A DNA stretch of 64,000 nucleotides from Deltaproteobacteria bacterium. Lineage in GTDB: Bacteria > Myxococcota_A > Polyangia > Polyangiales > Polyangiaceae. The position numbers and the translations under genes were made by a program. The stretch spans positions 32,436 to 96,435 of the forward strand of contig JANOIG010000193.1 of the NCBI GenBank assembly GCA_031407405.1, read 5' to 3'. The notes under the pieces are model-generated. The model ran no database searches. It saw only the letters and a list, made by a program, of their open reading frames with translations, and was not told the DNA's origin. Shown in pieces: positions 9,935 to 19,871 of this stretch (its first letter is position 1; every line of letters begins with the position of its first letter).

Positions 9935-11542
9935 ATGACAGAACACGGCTCCGAGCAGGTGCTCATGCAGAAAATCGTTTCGCTGTGTAAGCGGCGCGGT
10001 TTCGTTTTTCAGAGCTCCGAAATCTATGGCGGTCTTCGCAGTGCATATGACTACGGCCCGCTCGGCGTCGAGTTGAAGCGCAACCTGATGAATGAGTGGT
10101 GGACCGCCATGGTGCACCAGCGAGAGGACATGGTCGGTCTCGATGCCTCCATCATCATGCACCCCGAGGTATGGCGCGCCAGCGGCCACGTGGCGAATTT
10201 TTCCGATCCCCTCGTCGATTGCAAAGTGTGTGGCGAACGCTTTCGGGCCGATAAGGCGCCCAAGGCGACCCTGGGTGAGGCAGTGGTCATTAGCCTCGCC
10301 GACAAGGAGCGCGCCCGGCTAGCTCAGGAGAAGTTGGCGCGTGCCGAAGGTGTGGAGCTCGAACGTCGCGGCAAGGAACTGCTGGGCGCCAAGGCCCTCG
10401 ACCGGGGCTACGTATGCCCAAACTGTGGCTCGCCCTTCTTGAGTGAGGAACGCCAGTTCAATACGATGTTTCGTTCTAGCATGGGCCCGGTCGATCCCAT
10501 TGGCCGCATCATCGACTGCGCCAAGGCGGCGGTCAGCGAGGGGCTAGACGACGCGGCGTTGCGCAAGAGAGTGGACGAGGTGCTGGGTGAAACCACGGTG
10601 TACCTACGTCCGGAGACCGCCCAGGCGATGTTCGTGCAGTTTTTGAACATTCAGCAGAGCATGTCGCTAAAGCCTCCCTTCGGCATCGCGCAGATGGGTA
10701 AGAGTTTTCGCAACGAGGTGACGGTAGAGCACTTCATCTTTCGTTCCTGTGAGTTTGAACAGATGGAGATGGAGTACTTCGTGCCCCCGGGAGAGGGGCC
10801 GAAGTGGCTGGAGTACTGGAAGGAAGAGCGGCTGCGCTGGTGGCGGAGCATCGGCCTTGCCGCGGAGAATCTGCGCTTACGCCAGCACGAGCCGGACGAG
10901 CTCGCTCATTACAGCAACGGCTGTTTCGATGTCGAATATCGCTTCCCCTGGGGTTGGGATGAGCTCGAAGGCATTGCCTCGCGCACCGACTACGATTTGA
11001 AGGCGCACACCGCCGGCTCGGGCAAAAAGTTGATCTACAATGACGTGGAGGGCGTCGACCCTGACACGGGTCAGAAGGGTTGGAAGTATGTGCCGCACGT
11101 GATCGAGCCGGCCGCAGGGGCGACGCGCGGCCTATTGGCGGTCATGTGCGAGGCCTATGCGGAAGAGCCAGGAGACGAGGACGGCAAAGGAGTCAGAAAC
11201 GTGCTGCGCCTGCATCCGAGGCTGGCACCGTACAAGGTCGGTGTGTTGCCCTTGGTCAAACGAGACGGCATGCCTGAGGTCGCGCGGCGTATTGCCGATG
11301 AGTTCTTCCGCGCCGGCGTGAAGGCCCGCTACGACGAGCAACACGCCATCGGTAAGCGTTACGCTCGCCATGACGAGGTGGGCACGCCGTATTGTCTGAC
11401 GGTGGACAGCCAAACGTCGGAGGATGAGACGGTTACCATTCGCTATCGTGACAGCCGCAGGCAGGAGCGCATCAAGGTGGCAGAAGCGCTGCACGTCGTG
11501 CAAACGGCGCTCCGCAACTCTGACGGCCCAACGCCGGGCTGA
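9935..11542 (+). CDS. glyQS: glycine--tRNA ligase (alpha2 dimeric type)
   Basis: From ATG 9935: 'MQKIVSLCKRRGFVFQSSEIYGGLRSAYDYGPLGVELKRNLMNEWW'. CxxC...CxxC insertion 'CKVCGERFRAD ... CPNCGSPF'. Class II motifs are present. Confidence 0.93.
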   Translation: MTEHGSEQVLMQKIVSLCKRRGFVFQSSEIYGGLRSAYDYGPLGVELKRNLMNEWWTAMVHQREDMVGLDASIIMHPEVWRASGHVANFSDPLVDCKVCGERFRADKAPKATLGEAVVISLADKERARLAQEKLARAEGVELERRGKELLGAKALDRGYVCPNCGSPFLSEERQFNTMFRSSMGPVDPIGRIIDCAKAAVSEGLDDAALRKRVDEVLGETTVYLRPETAQAMFVQFLNIQQSMSLKPPFGIAQMGKSFRNEVTVEHFIFRSCEFEQMEMEYFVPPGEGPKWLEYWKEERLRWWRSIGLAAENLRLRQHEPDELAHYSNGCFDVEYRFPWGWDELEGIASRTDYDLKAHTAGSGKKLIYNDVEGVDPDTGQKGWKYVPHVIEPAAGATRGLLAVMCEAYAEEPGDEDGKGVRNVLRLHPRLAPYKVGVLPLVKRDGMPEVARRIADEFFRAGVKARYDEQHAIGKRYARHDEVGTPYCLTVDSQTSEDETVTIRYRDSRRQERIKVAEALHVVQTALRNSDGPTPG

Positions 11543-11568
11543 GCTCGCGCTTCAGCGGAATCGGGCTG

Positions 11569-12807
11569 CTAACGCGGAATCAATACGTCGCAGGGGAAAT
11601 CAAAGGCGACGCCGCTGGTAGCAGGGTTCTTGAGCTCCTGGCAGGCATTTCCCACGAGCTCCACCTGCGTGGGTGTGCGCAGCGTCCAACCGTTCGCATC
11701 GCCAAAGGTGAGCGGGGCACCGCCACCGATGGTGATTTTCGCCAAACCCACGCGCTCGGGATTGATTTCGACTGCACCATCTAGCTCGAAGATACAACTT
11801 CGGATGCCGTAGATGACCGCGTCCAGCGCCTGGCTCAACGCCACTTCATCGATGGCATTGGCCTGGAAAAATTGAGCATTACCGGCCTGTGGCGAGTACG
11901 TGCCCAGCTTGGATCCTACCGGGTTGTTGGCGCAGCGCTGCCGCAGGTTTTCGACGGTCGCTATTCCCGGCGGTAAAGCCACAGGCTGCCCGGAGCCGGC
12001 GTTGGCGACGTCGCGCAAGTGTTGCTCTGACAGTTCTGCGCGGCGCAGGCCAAACACCGCGGTCGATACGCCCTGCGCGTAGGCGGCTTGCACTTCGCCA
12101 ATCACCGCGTCCATGGCGCACACCCGGTCCGGATCATTACAGAAGTCTGGATCCCCATCCGTGACGAGCAGCATCACCTTCTCGCCGGGCGACGGATCGG
12201 CGAGCAGCGCCGGCAACGCCTGTTGGAGGGTGGCGGCCGTGGGTGTCTCGCCCTTGTACACGGGCTCGGTCACCGCGTTGATCACGCTCTCGACCGCGGG
12301 CAGGTTGTTCTGGCCGAAGCTGACCTGATCCATGGTCGGAAACAGGTCGGGGCAAGCACCGCCGGCTTGGCCGGTATAGGTTACCATACCGACGCGAATG
12401 TCGGCCTGCACGTCTCGCACCACGTTGATGATGCCTTGCCGCATGGGGTCCCAAGTAGGATTAGGCTCGTCCCACTGGCTCGACGAACGGTCGACGATGA
12501 GCAGCGCGGTTGGGGTCTGCGCTTCGAAGGTGATCTCGAGCTGACTGCAGCCGACGCTGTCTACCTCGCCGCCAAAGCTGGGGGTCTCATTGTTGATCAG
12601 CCCTACGGCGCCGCCCGGCCCGCTACCACCCAACGGGCCACCCGTGAGCGACCCGGTGGAATTCTCATCAGCGCCGGTGCCACCACCCGCCGCGCCGCAG
12701 CCGGTTACAGCACCAAGCAATGCAGCGCTCGAGACTAATAGAGCGCCCCAGACTACTGCAGAGCTCGAGCTCAGGGTCAGAACCCCCCTGGGGCATTCGC
12801 GGAACAT
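11569..12807 (-). CDS. vWA-domain lipoprotein (paralog B)
   Basis: ATG at 12807 gives a signal peptide with lipobox 'AVTGC|GA'. MIDAS 'LLIVDRSSSQW'. 'VTDGDPDFCNDP' motif. C-terminal 'FPCDVLIPR'. Collinear similarity to 1424-2686. Confidence 0.8.
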   Translation of the reverse strand: MFRECPRGVLTLSSSSAVVWGALLVSSAALLGAVTGCGAAGGGTGADENSTGSLTGGPLGGSGPGGAVGLINNETPSFGGEVDSVGCSQLEITFEAQTPTALLIVDRSSSQWDEPNPTWDPMRQGIINVVRDVQADIRVGMVTYTGQAGGACPDLFPTMDQVSFGQNNLPAVESVINAVTEPVYKGETPTAATLQQALPALLADPSPGEKVMLLVTDGDPDFCNDPDRVCAMDAVIGEVQAAYAQGVSTAVFGLRRAELSEQHLRDVANAGSGQPVALPPGIATVENLRQRCANNPVGSKLGTYSPQAGNAQFFQANAIDEVALSQALDAVIYGIRSCIFELDGAVEINPERVGLAKITIGGGAPLTFGDANGWTLRTPTQVELVGNACQELKNPATSGVAFDFPCDVLIPR

Positions 12808-12892
12808 AGCCGGGAATATACGCGAATCGCCGCCCCTGGGCCACTGTCCCAAAGACGCGCCCAGGTGCCCGGGCAGTTTCCGCTCCGCTGCC

Positions 12893-15250
12893 TCAGGAAT
12901 GTTCCGTCACGAGGGGCGATGTGCTGGATCGCGGTTCCGACACGGCGGCTTCGATGACCCGGCGCAGCTCGTCGGGATCAAACGGTTTAGCCACGATCAT
13001 GTTGGACAGACGCTTGACGCTGTCGCTCAGCTCCTGGCTAAACAATCCACCTGTAGCGAAAACGAAGCGCCGCGCGAGAGCCTCGTTTTGCGAGCGTACT
13101 TGCCGGTAGACGTCGAGACCGGTGATGCCGGGCATCATCACGTCGCATAGCACCACATCGTAGTCAGCGGCGCCGAGCATTTGCAGGGCGGCATGCCCAT
13201 TCAAGGCGATCTCGACCCGGAAATCCTTGTCGAACATGCGCCGCACGGCGCGGGCTACGAGCACCTCGTCGTCGACGATGAGCAACCTCAATCGGCGCAA
13301 AGTTGACGACGGGAGCTCCGAGTGCAAGGCTTCAGCGTTGGAGACGGGACCCGCCACCGACAGAAAGACCCTAAACCGGCTGCCTCGGCCCTCTTCGCTG
13401 CTGACGTGAATGCGTCCGCCCATCGCATGGACGAGGCGGTGACAGATGGACAAGCCCAGCCCTGTGCCCTCTCCGGCGGGTTTGGTAGTGAAGAAAGGCT
13501 CGAAAACCTTGGGCAAGTGATCCTGCGAGATGCCAGCCCCGGTGTCGGTGACCGTGATCTCCACCTCCTCATCGCCCTCCGCCAGTTTCACTTCGACCGT
13601 GATCTGGTTGTCCTCTGGAGCACCCGCCGCGATCGATTGCGCTGCATTGGTGACCAGATTCAACATGACCTGCACGAGTCGTGTCTCGTCACCCAGGACA
13701 CGCGGCACCTCGTTGAAATGCCGCTGGATTCGGGCTCGATGCCGCACCTCGTCGAAAGCCAATTTCAGTGCGGCGTCCACCGCGTTGCGCGCGTCGACCG
13801 GCTTTAGATCCTCCTCGGACTCCATGCGCGACAAGGTCTTCAGGTCTCGCACGATGTCGCGCACGCGGCCCGCGCCCTCCAAGGCTTCCCGCAATGCCAA
13901 GCGCGACTCCTGATCGATGGCACGATCGGCTGCGAAGGATAGATTGGAGAGGATGTACGAGAGCGGATTGTTGATCTCATGCGCGACGCCGGCCGCCATC
14001 AAGCCTAGGCTTGCCATATGTTCGGATCGCGCCAGCTGATCCTGAAGGTTGCTCACCGAGCTAATGGTGCGCCGCAGCTTGCGATCTGCCTCGTGCAAAG
14101 CGTCACTGGCTTCCTTCGCCGCCGTCACGTCGATGAGCGTGACCAACGCCCCAAGCGTAGTTTCGCCGGTTGGGCTCGGGTTTGGCGTGACACTGACCAA
14201 CACCCAGGTCAGCAATCCGTCGTGGCGCGTCATGCCCAAGGTGACCGCGCTTTGGGCTTCACCCTCGCGCAGAGCACGGAACCAGGGTAAATCCCGCGGC
14301 AGTATCGGCTCACGCTCCGACGACAAGACCTGCCGTGGCAGGACCGACGCATAGGCCCTTTTGCCGGGGTCGAATTCGCAAGCGAGGAAACCCATGGCCG
14401 CCGCGTTGTGAGCTATCAGCGAGCCATCTCGTGCAATTCGGCACACGCCGTTCGGCAGCTCATCCAGGCACGCCATGCGCGCGTCGCCGCCGTCGGACGC
14501 TGAAGGCCTCGCCAGCTCGATCAGCTCAGCTAGCAAATACTCCGTGCCGTCTAGATCCTCGACGCGCAAGCGCATCAGCGCGCGTCGCGGAGGCCCGTGG
14601 ACTGGCATGAGCCAGGTACGCCAGTCTATGGGCTCAAAATTTCGGACATTGCGCACGTGCCGCTGCCACGCTTCGCCTGAACCAGCGAAAGGATGAGCGA
14701 GCTCGATTTCCGCAGCGGACATGCCGTCGAGCGCTCCAGGGCCGCGCCCCAGCTCGGCGCAGAGCGCGGGGTCCGCAGCAGCCAGGCGAGGACGAGCCAG
14801 ATCCCAAAGCGCGAGCCCCAACGTACCAGGCTGCCGCAGCGCAGCCCATTGCGCGGGGCTGTTCCACGAGGGTGGCGCGACGCGTAGACTGGTCAACGTG
14901 TCCTCCGCCCGTGCCGTGGGCGTCGCTTCGACAACCCCTTCGCTTCGCGGGTCAGAGTAGAGAGACAGCCGCCCGATGTTCGACGCGACATGCTTCGGAC
15001 TCTCACTGATGCCGTATACCAGAGCCGCGTATTGGTTGCACTGACGCGATGATCGCCAGAGCGCAGTGGGGGTGCTGCCTACATGGGCTCCAAATGCCGA
15101 GCGCATCCCACGTTGGTTGCTGCAAGAGCGAGCCGATACAGAGCGGCGGGACGTTCCGAGCTCGTGACCGTTGCCGATGATTGGACCCGAGACGTGTCGA
15201 GCGCGAAGGAGCTTAACGCCGCAGCAATTGGACCTAGAGCGCTGAGTCAC
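12893..15250 (-). CDS. hybrid sensor histidine kinase / response regulator with PAS-like N-terminal region (start uncertain)
   Basis: H-box 'AAGVAHEINNPLSY'. N/G boxes 'LNLVTNAAQS', 'DTGAGI', 'GTGLGLSICHRLV'. C-terminal receiver 'LLIVDDEVLV...VLCDVMMPGITG...KPF'. Confidence 0.85.
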   Translation of the reverse strand: MTQRSRSNCCGVKLLRARHVSGPIIGNGHELGTSRRSVSARSCSNQRGMRSAFGAHVGSTPTALWRSSRQCNQYAALVYGISESPKHVASNIGRLSLYSDPRSEGVVEATPTARAEDTLTSLRVAPPSWNSPAQWAALRQPGTLGLALWDLARPRLAAADPALCAELGRGPGALDGMSAAEIELAHPFAGSGEAWQRHVRNVRNFEPIDWRTWLMPVHGPPRRALMRLRVEDLDGTEYLLAELIELARPSASDGGDARMACLDELPNGVCRIARDGSLIAHNAAAMGFLACEFDPGKRAYASVLPRQVLSSEREPILPRDLPWFRALREGEAQSAVTLGMTRHDGLLTWVLVSVTPNPSPTGETTLGALVTLIDVTAAKEASDALHEADRKLRRTISSVSNLQDQLARSEHMASLGLMAAGVAHEINNPLSYILSNLSFAADRAIDQESRLALREALEGAGRVRDIVRDLKTLSRMESEEDLKPVDARNAVDAALKLAFDEVRHRARIQRHFNEVPRVLGDETRLVQVMLNLVTNAAQSIAAGAPEDNQITVEVKLAEGDEEVEITVTDTGAGISQDHLPKVFEPFFTTKPAGEGTGLGLSICHRLVHAMGGRIHVSSEEGRGSRFRVFLSVAGPVSNAEALHSELPSSTLRRLRLLIVDDEVLVARAVRRMFDKDFRVEIALNGHAALQMLGAADYDVVLCDVMMPGITGLDVYRQVRSQNEALARRFVFATGGLFSQELSDSVKRLSNMIVAKPFDPDELRRVIEAAVSEPRSSTSPLVTEHS

Positions 15251-15255
15251 CGATA

Positions 15256-15900
15256 TCAGGGTTCGAGCAAACCTGCATCGTTACCCCGAGCGTCGGTTGA
15301 ATTGTGAGCTGCTCTTGGCGCGCGAGGCCTGTCGGCTTCACCGCAGTCACATGCCCCATAGCCGCGGCCGTCCACGAGGCAGGCTTGGGCACCCCGGCAG
15401 GCGCCAGGGCCCAGGCACTCGACCGTTGCCCCCGGAATGCACAGTTGATTCGGGCCAGGTGACGCTGGGGAATCCGCCACGTTCGGGTTGATGGGTGAGC
15501 TCGAGCGCTTCAGCGCAGTGACGCGGTCACCACGGGTACATTCGACCACCATCTGGCCCATCCACTTGGCGCGTTCGTAACGAGGACCGGTAGTGCGCGG
15601 GCCGGGTGCCGTCGTGATGCGAGGGGTTTCGATCGGGGCGCCGGCGGTTTCGAGCACCTCGAAGCCGCTGGCGCACACCTCGCGGGCCTTGTCGCGGCAC
15701 ACCTCGATGCCTGCTCCGCAAGTAATGCGGTAATATTCTGCATCGCCCTGCAGGGCTGGCAGCCGCACGGCGCGTGCCTCTCGCGAGCAAGCGCCCAGCG
15801 CCAGAGCGCCGAGTAAGATGAAACTTAACGGAGCGTGACGCTGGCGTCGCTCACGACAGATGCCCGATGGGTGGCCGAAGGGCCATGGCATTCTCTGCAT
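15256..15900 (-). CDS. Cys-rich putative lipoprotein
   Basis: Signal peptide with lipobox 'LLGALALGAC|S'. C-terminal cluster 'CIPGATVECLGPGACRGAQACLVDGRGYGACDCG'. The stop lies 5 nt before the kinase start. The start (15900 or 15891) overlaps the upstream gene's end. Confidence 0.55.
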   Translation of the reverse strand: MQRMPWPFGHPSGICRERRQRHAPLSFILLGALALGACSREARAVRLPALQGDAEYYRITCGAGIEVCRDKAREVCASGFEVLETAGAPIETPRITTAPGPRTTGPRYERAKWMGQMVVECTRGDRVTALKRSSSPINPNVADSPASPGPNQLCIPGATVECLGPGACRGAQACLVDGRGYGACDCGEADRPRAPRAAHNSTDARGNDAGLLEP

Positions 15901-17293
15901 TGCGGTTGCTTTCACCGGGATTCGCCTCGCCGAGCTGCTGCTCTTCAAACAACAGCGTTCTGATCAGTGAGTCCGCGTCCGCCTGCTCCAGGCTGCCGTC
16001 GGCAGCGCGCCTGCCTGAATCCAGCATCCGGATGAGCGCGATGAGTGCCACGCGAAGATGGGTCTGATTGGGGAAAGCATCACGAACGATGGCATACTGT
16101 TCGTTGTCGTCCGAAGCCTCCCGCAGCTCGGCGTACATCGATTCGATGGACAGCAAGATCGGGAGCGTGATCTCGGGATCGGCAGCAGGAAGGCGCCCGA
16201 GTCGGCCGAGCGAGAGGGTCACGCGCTCCAGCTCTCCTTGACCTTCAAGAGAGCGCGGCTCTTCCTCGGAGCGAAGCAGTTTGTGATCGGTCCGGGTTTC
16301 GAGCTCGATCATCTGCGTTTCCTCCGAATCCTCGGCGGACAGGGCAACCAGATTTTGGAGACCTTCCTCCTCCGCTGGCGGCGCAGATTGTTCCAGACCA
16401 CGCTGCAGCTCGAGCAGAGACTCCGGCAGGAGCGAAGGATCGAAGCGGGCTGGTTTTGAGGTGTTTTTTCGGCTCGGAGGCGGTGGGGGTAAGCGCCGCG
16501 CGCGCGCTGCATCATCCGGGCTTTGGCGAACAAATTGCAGGGGTTTGGCTAACCGCAACAACACGACTTCGCTCCAGGTGTGCTCGAGCGGCACGTGGTT
16601 CATCAGCGAGCGCAGCGGCACGGCTTCCAAGAGCTGCTCTTCCGTCAGCCGCTGCCCTTCGCGGGCTCGACTGAGGGCGTGCTCCACTACTCTTTGCAAT
16701 TCGGCTCGCGGCAGGCAAGTGGCAATGCGCTTGAAGCCAATGCCATCCGCGACGTCCTGAAGGCGAAGCACGCCTTCGCGCAGCGCACATTCGACGATGA
16801 ATGTCATTCGGCGCACGAACAGCTCACGCTCTTGGGGGTCGGGGGGATCGCCCTTCCAGAACTCGATTTCAGTCAAGAAGGCCCACAGCTGGCCCGCATC
16901 CAGATAACGAACGCGATCATCCGGTGGAATCAGGGACAGGAGCTTGTCCGCATCGGTGAGCCCCTCCTCGAGTGCAAGAGTCAGGTCCTCGGCCGCAGAG
17001 GCGTCCGTCTTTCGCATCGCCAACCGCTCATTGACCCGCGTCGTGGCCATCAGCACACGCACCCGGAGCTGCTCGTCCGCGGCCAGGCTGCTAATCAGGG
17101 TACGCGGGCCGAAATGCCGGAGGAAATCGCTCGAGGATCGCCAGCCTTCCGTCAGGGCGTACTGGACCACCGCGGCGAGGAAGCGCTCGCGGCCGGTAGG
17201 CAGGTTGGATTGGTGCCGGGGCGCGGGAGCGCTCTGGGCGTTCATCAGGCCCATCGTACTCGGCCTCGAGTTCTGAACAATGTCATTCGCCAT
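15851..17293 (-). CDS. hypothetical protein, 480 aa, no domain recognised
   Basis: Long ORF with protein-like, helix-rich composition and a central Pro/acidic linker. It is the first gene of an apparent minus-strand operon. I recognise no motif. Confidence 0.6.
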   Translation of the reverse strand: MANDIVQNSRPSTMGLMNAQSAPAPRHQSNLPTGRERFLAAVVQYALTEGWRSSSDFLRHFGPRTLISSLAADEQLRVRVLMATTRVNERLAMRKTDASAAEDLTLALEEGLTDADKLLSLIPPDDRVRYLDAGQLWAFLTEIEFWKGDPPDPQERELFVRRMTFIVECALREGVLRLQDVADGIGFKRIATCLPRAELQRVVEHALSRAREGQRLTEEQLLEAVPLRSLMNHVPLEHTWSEVVLLRLAKPLQFVRQSPDDAARARRLPPPPPSRKNTSKPARFDPSLLPESLLELQRGLEQSAPPAEEEGLQNLVALSAEDSEETQMIELETRTDHKLLRSEEEPRSLEGQGELERVTLSLGRLGRLPAADPEITLPILLSIESMYAELREASDDNEQYAIVRDAFPNQTHLRVALIALIRMLDSGRRAADGSLEQADADSLIRTLLFEEQQLGEANPGESNRNAENAMALRPPIGHLS

Positions 17294-17438
17294 CGGCGCC
17301 GGGTCACAAAACCCTTTGAGGCCACAATGCGGTCTATCGAGGGGGAGGTGCTGCTCAGGTGTTTACCCCCGGTGGCGTTGTGCGCTTGGCTACCGCAGCT
17401 GACTAGGGTACAGCCACGGCTCGTTGGCCAGCTCGTAA

Positions 17439-18431
17439 ATGAGGCGAATGTCGGAAAGCGGATGGGTAGGCGCGAAACCTACGAACACGATCTTGGTGCT
17501 GGAGGGAGGCGGGCTTCGAGGTGCCTTCGTCGCGGGAGCATTGGCGGAGCTCGAGGGCGCTAGAAATCTGCGATTTAGCCACATCTTCGCGACCTCGGCT
17601 GCTGCCGCGTCGGCAGCATATTTGATAGCGGGGCAGATCGACCGGGCGCTATCCATCTGGCGCGATCGTACGCATGGAGCCCAGCTGATTTCTCCCCGCC
17701 ATTTGTTGCGTGGCCGGGGTCTGATGGACATCGAGGGGCTGGTCGAGGTTTTTCAGGGTGAGCTTGCGCTCGATGCCCGAGAGCTCTCGCGTTCAGCCAC
17801 GGCCCTCTACGTCGCGGTGACGAACTGCAACACGGGGGTGGCGGATCACGTTGCGGCGACGCAAAGCAATTTATTCCAGCTACTCAAGGCGACCATGGCG
17901 CTGCCCGTCGTTTATGGTCGTGTGGTGCGGGTCGAGGGTGTCCCGTATATCGATGGTGGCATCGCCGACGCCATCCCGATCGGTGCAGCCTTGGCACTCG
18001 AGCCCATGCGCTTGATCGTCGTAACCACTCGGCCCAGCGGCTACCGCAAGAAGCCGGCCCCGTTTGCTGGCGACCTGTTGCGCTACAATTATCGCGCTTT
18101 CCCGGCGCTTTGGCCCGCGCTGCGCAATCGCTGGGAGAGTTATAACCGGTCCGTCATGAAGCTGGAGGCGATGGAGCGGTTAGGGCGCGTGGCAGTGATT
18201 CGGCCGACGGCACCCCTGCCTGCATCGCGCATGACTCGGGATCGGGGGCGTATCATCGAGACCTTGGAGCTCGGCAGGCAGGCGGCGCGCGCCTTCCTCA
18301 GCGCGTTGGGTCGGGACTTGGTGCTAGCAGGGTCTAGCCATGATTCGGGGCTGACTGGGCGCTCGGCTAACGGCGCGGCCTGTGCAGAGCTCGCGTTACA
18401 GGCGACCGGCGAAGAACGAGAGCACTACTAG
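17439..18431 (+). CDS. patatin-like phospholipase family protein (atypical nucleophile elbow)
   Basis: Oxyanion motif 'VLEGGGLRGAF'. Ser motif 'FATSAAA' where GxSxG is expected. Asp motif 'YIDGGIADAIP'. Confidence 0.8.
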   Translation: MRRMSESGWVGAKPTNTILVLEGGGLRGAFVAGALAELEGARNLRFSHIFATSAAAASAAYLIAGQIDRALSIWRDRTHGAQLISPRHLLRGRGLMDIEGLVEVFQGELALDARELSRSATALYVAVTNCNTGVADHVAATQSNLFQLLKATMALPVVYGRVVRVEGVPYIDGGIADAIPIGAALALEPMRLIVVTTRPSGYRKKPAPFAGDLLRYNYRAFPALWPALRNRWESYNRSVMKLEAMERLGRVAVIRPTAPLPASRMTRDRGRIIETLELGRQAARAFLSALGRDLVLAGSSHDSGLTGRSANGAACAELALQATGEEREHY

Positions 18432-19871
18432 TATGACCACCATGCCGGCGAGCAAGAGCTGGCGCTTCTTGTCGTCGAGCATCCCAACCGGGCTAATGCC
18501 CGTGGAGTTGTCAGCCTCTGGCGGCTTGACGGAATTGCGCTGCGGGCGGCTCCGTTGTGAGGGCTCTCCTCGCCGCGACGGCTCTCCGCGCCGCGACGGC
18601 TGGACATCGGTGCTCAGGGTGGTCGGCTCGCGATTCCCGGAGCCGTCATCGCTATCTCTGGGTGCAATGCTGGGTTGGGTGTCGTTGGCACTCTGATCGA
18701 CTGTCGGCGCGGGCCCGGGCTGAGGCCGAACTGCCGAAGGAGAGATTTCCCTCGCCAAGGCATCAGGCAACTGGATCAGACCGCTAACGGCGGTGGGTAG
18801 CTCCCAACTATCCGGTTCGTCCTCGCCCTCCAACTCGCGACTGGCAATGGTGGCCTGAACCGTGAACCGGTTGGCGTTGCGCAAGGCCTGAATCTGATCG
18901 CGTACCTTCGGGTTCAACCGCTCATTGACCGCTCGCGCGATGTCAGTGTGAGTGACGATCTTGCCGGATTTGGCCAGCCATTCTTCGAGCGCCAACCGCA
19001 TTTCCTCGGCGCTCGAGTAGCGATCCTCCGGGCTGCGGGAGAGTGCCCGGATGACGATGCGTTCCAGCCGCTCAGGATAAGTGGGCACGAGCTCGCGAGG
19101 CGCCTTGAAATCGCCTTGGACGATCTTGGACATGACCGCGTGGGTGCCCCGGCCAAAGGGGCGCAGCCCCAGGGTGGTCACGAACAGGACGCACCCCATG
19201 GCGTAGATGTCCGAGCGGTGATCGACCCCTTTGCCTAGAATTTGCTCCGGAGAAATATAGGCGAACTTGCCCTTGATTTCGCCCGTGCGGGTCCGTGAAT
19301 GGATCTGGTCCCGAGCCTTCGCGATGCCAAAGTCGGTGACCTTCACGTGGCCTTGCGAGGATAACAGGATGTTCTGAGGTGAGATGTCGCGGTGCACGAT
19401 GTGCATGGGCTGCCCGTCGGGCCCAGTCGCGTTGTGCGCGGAGTGCAAGCCCGCACAGGCATCTGCGATCACGCGCGCAGCCAGGGCGTAGTTGAAGGGG
19501 ACGTACTGCGTGCGCTGGCGAATGAGACCCGCGATCGAATCACCAGGTACCCATTCCATGGCGATGAACACGACTTGGTCGTGCTTGCCGAGCTCAAAGA
19601 TTTCACAGACGTTGGGATGATGCACGGCGGAGGCCGCCGCCGCCTCGTCGATGAGCATCCGGCGATACTCCTCGTCGGCGGCGTACTCCGGACGCACCAC
19701 CTTCAACGCCACCGTACGAGAGAACCCGCCGCTCTCGGGCTTGGCAGCCCAGATTTGCGCCATGCCACCGCTGGCAACGAGTGACAGGAGGCGGTAGCGG
19801 CCGACCATTTTGCCGGCGGCAAGCAGCAGGCCGCCGTTGGCATCGGACATGCGATCGAGGGATCCTGTCAT
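18396..19871 (-). CDS. Ser/Thr protein kinase, C-terminally tail-anchored
   Basis: 'VALKVV', 'HRDISPQNILL', 'DFGIAKA', 'YISPEQ'. A single TM segment at the extreme C-terminus, 'LLLAGMVVILVVLSFFAGRL*'. Tandem 'PSRRGE' duplication. Confidence 0.9.
   Translation of the reverse strand: MTGSLDRMSDANGGLLLAAGKMVGRYRLLSLVASGGMAQIWAAKPESGGFSRTVALKVVRPEYAADEEYRRMLIDEAAAASAVHHPNVCEIFELGKHDQVVFIAMEWVPGDSIAGLIRQRTQYVPFNYALAARVIADACAGLHSAHNATGPDGQPMHIVHRDISPQNILLSSQGHVKVTDFGIAKARDQIHSRTRTGEIKGKFAYISPEQILGKGVDHRSDIYAMGCVLFVTTLGLRPFGRGTHAVMSKIVQGDFKAPRELVPTYPERLERIVIRALSRSPEDRYSSAEEMRLALEEWLAKSGKIVTHTDIARAVNERLNPKVRDQIQALRNANRFTVQATIASRELEGEDEPDSWELPTAVSGLIQLPDALAREISPSAVRPQPGPAPTVDQSANDTQPSIAPRDSDDGSGNREPTTLSTDVQPSRRGEPSRRGEPSQRSRPQRNSVKPPEADNSTGISPVGMLDDKKRQLLLAGMVVILVVLSFFAGRL

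Noticed and set aside
18563-18598. 18-bp perfect-length tandem duplication ('ggctctcc(t/g)cgccgcgac' x2) that might have been a repeat array.
   Set aside because: It is in-frame inside the kinase linker, encoding PSRRGE-PSRRGE. With only two copies and no spacers, it is a simple coding duplication, not a CRISPR or VNTR array of note.
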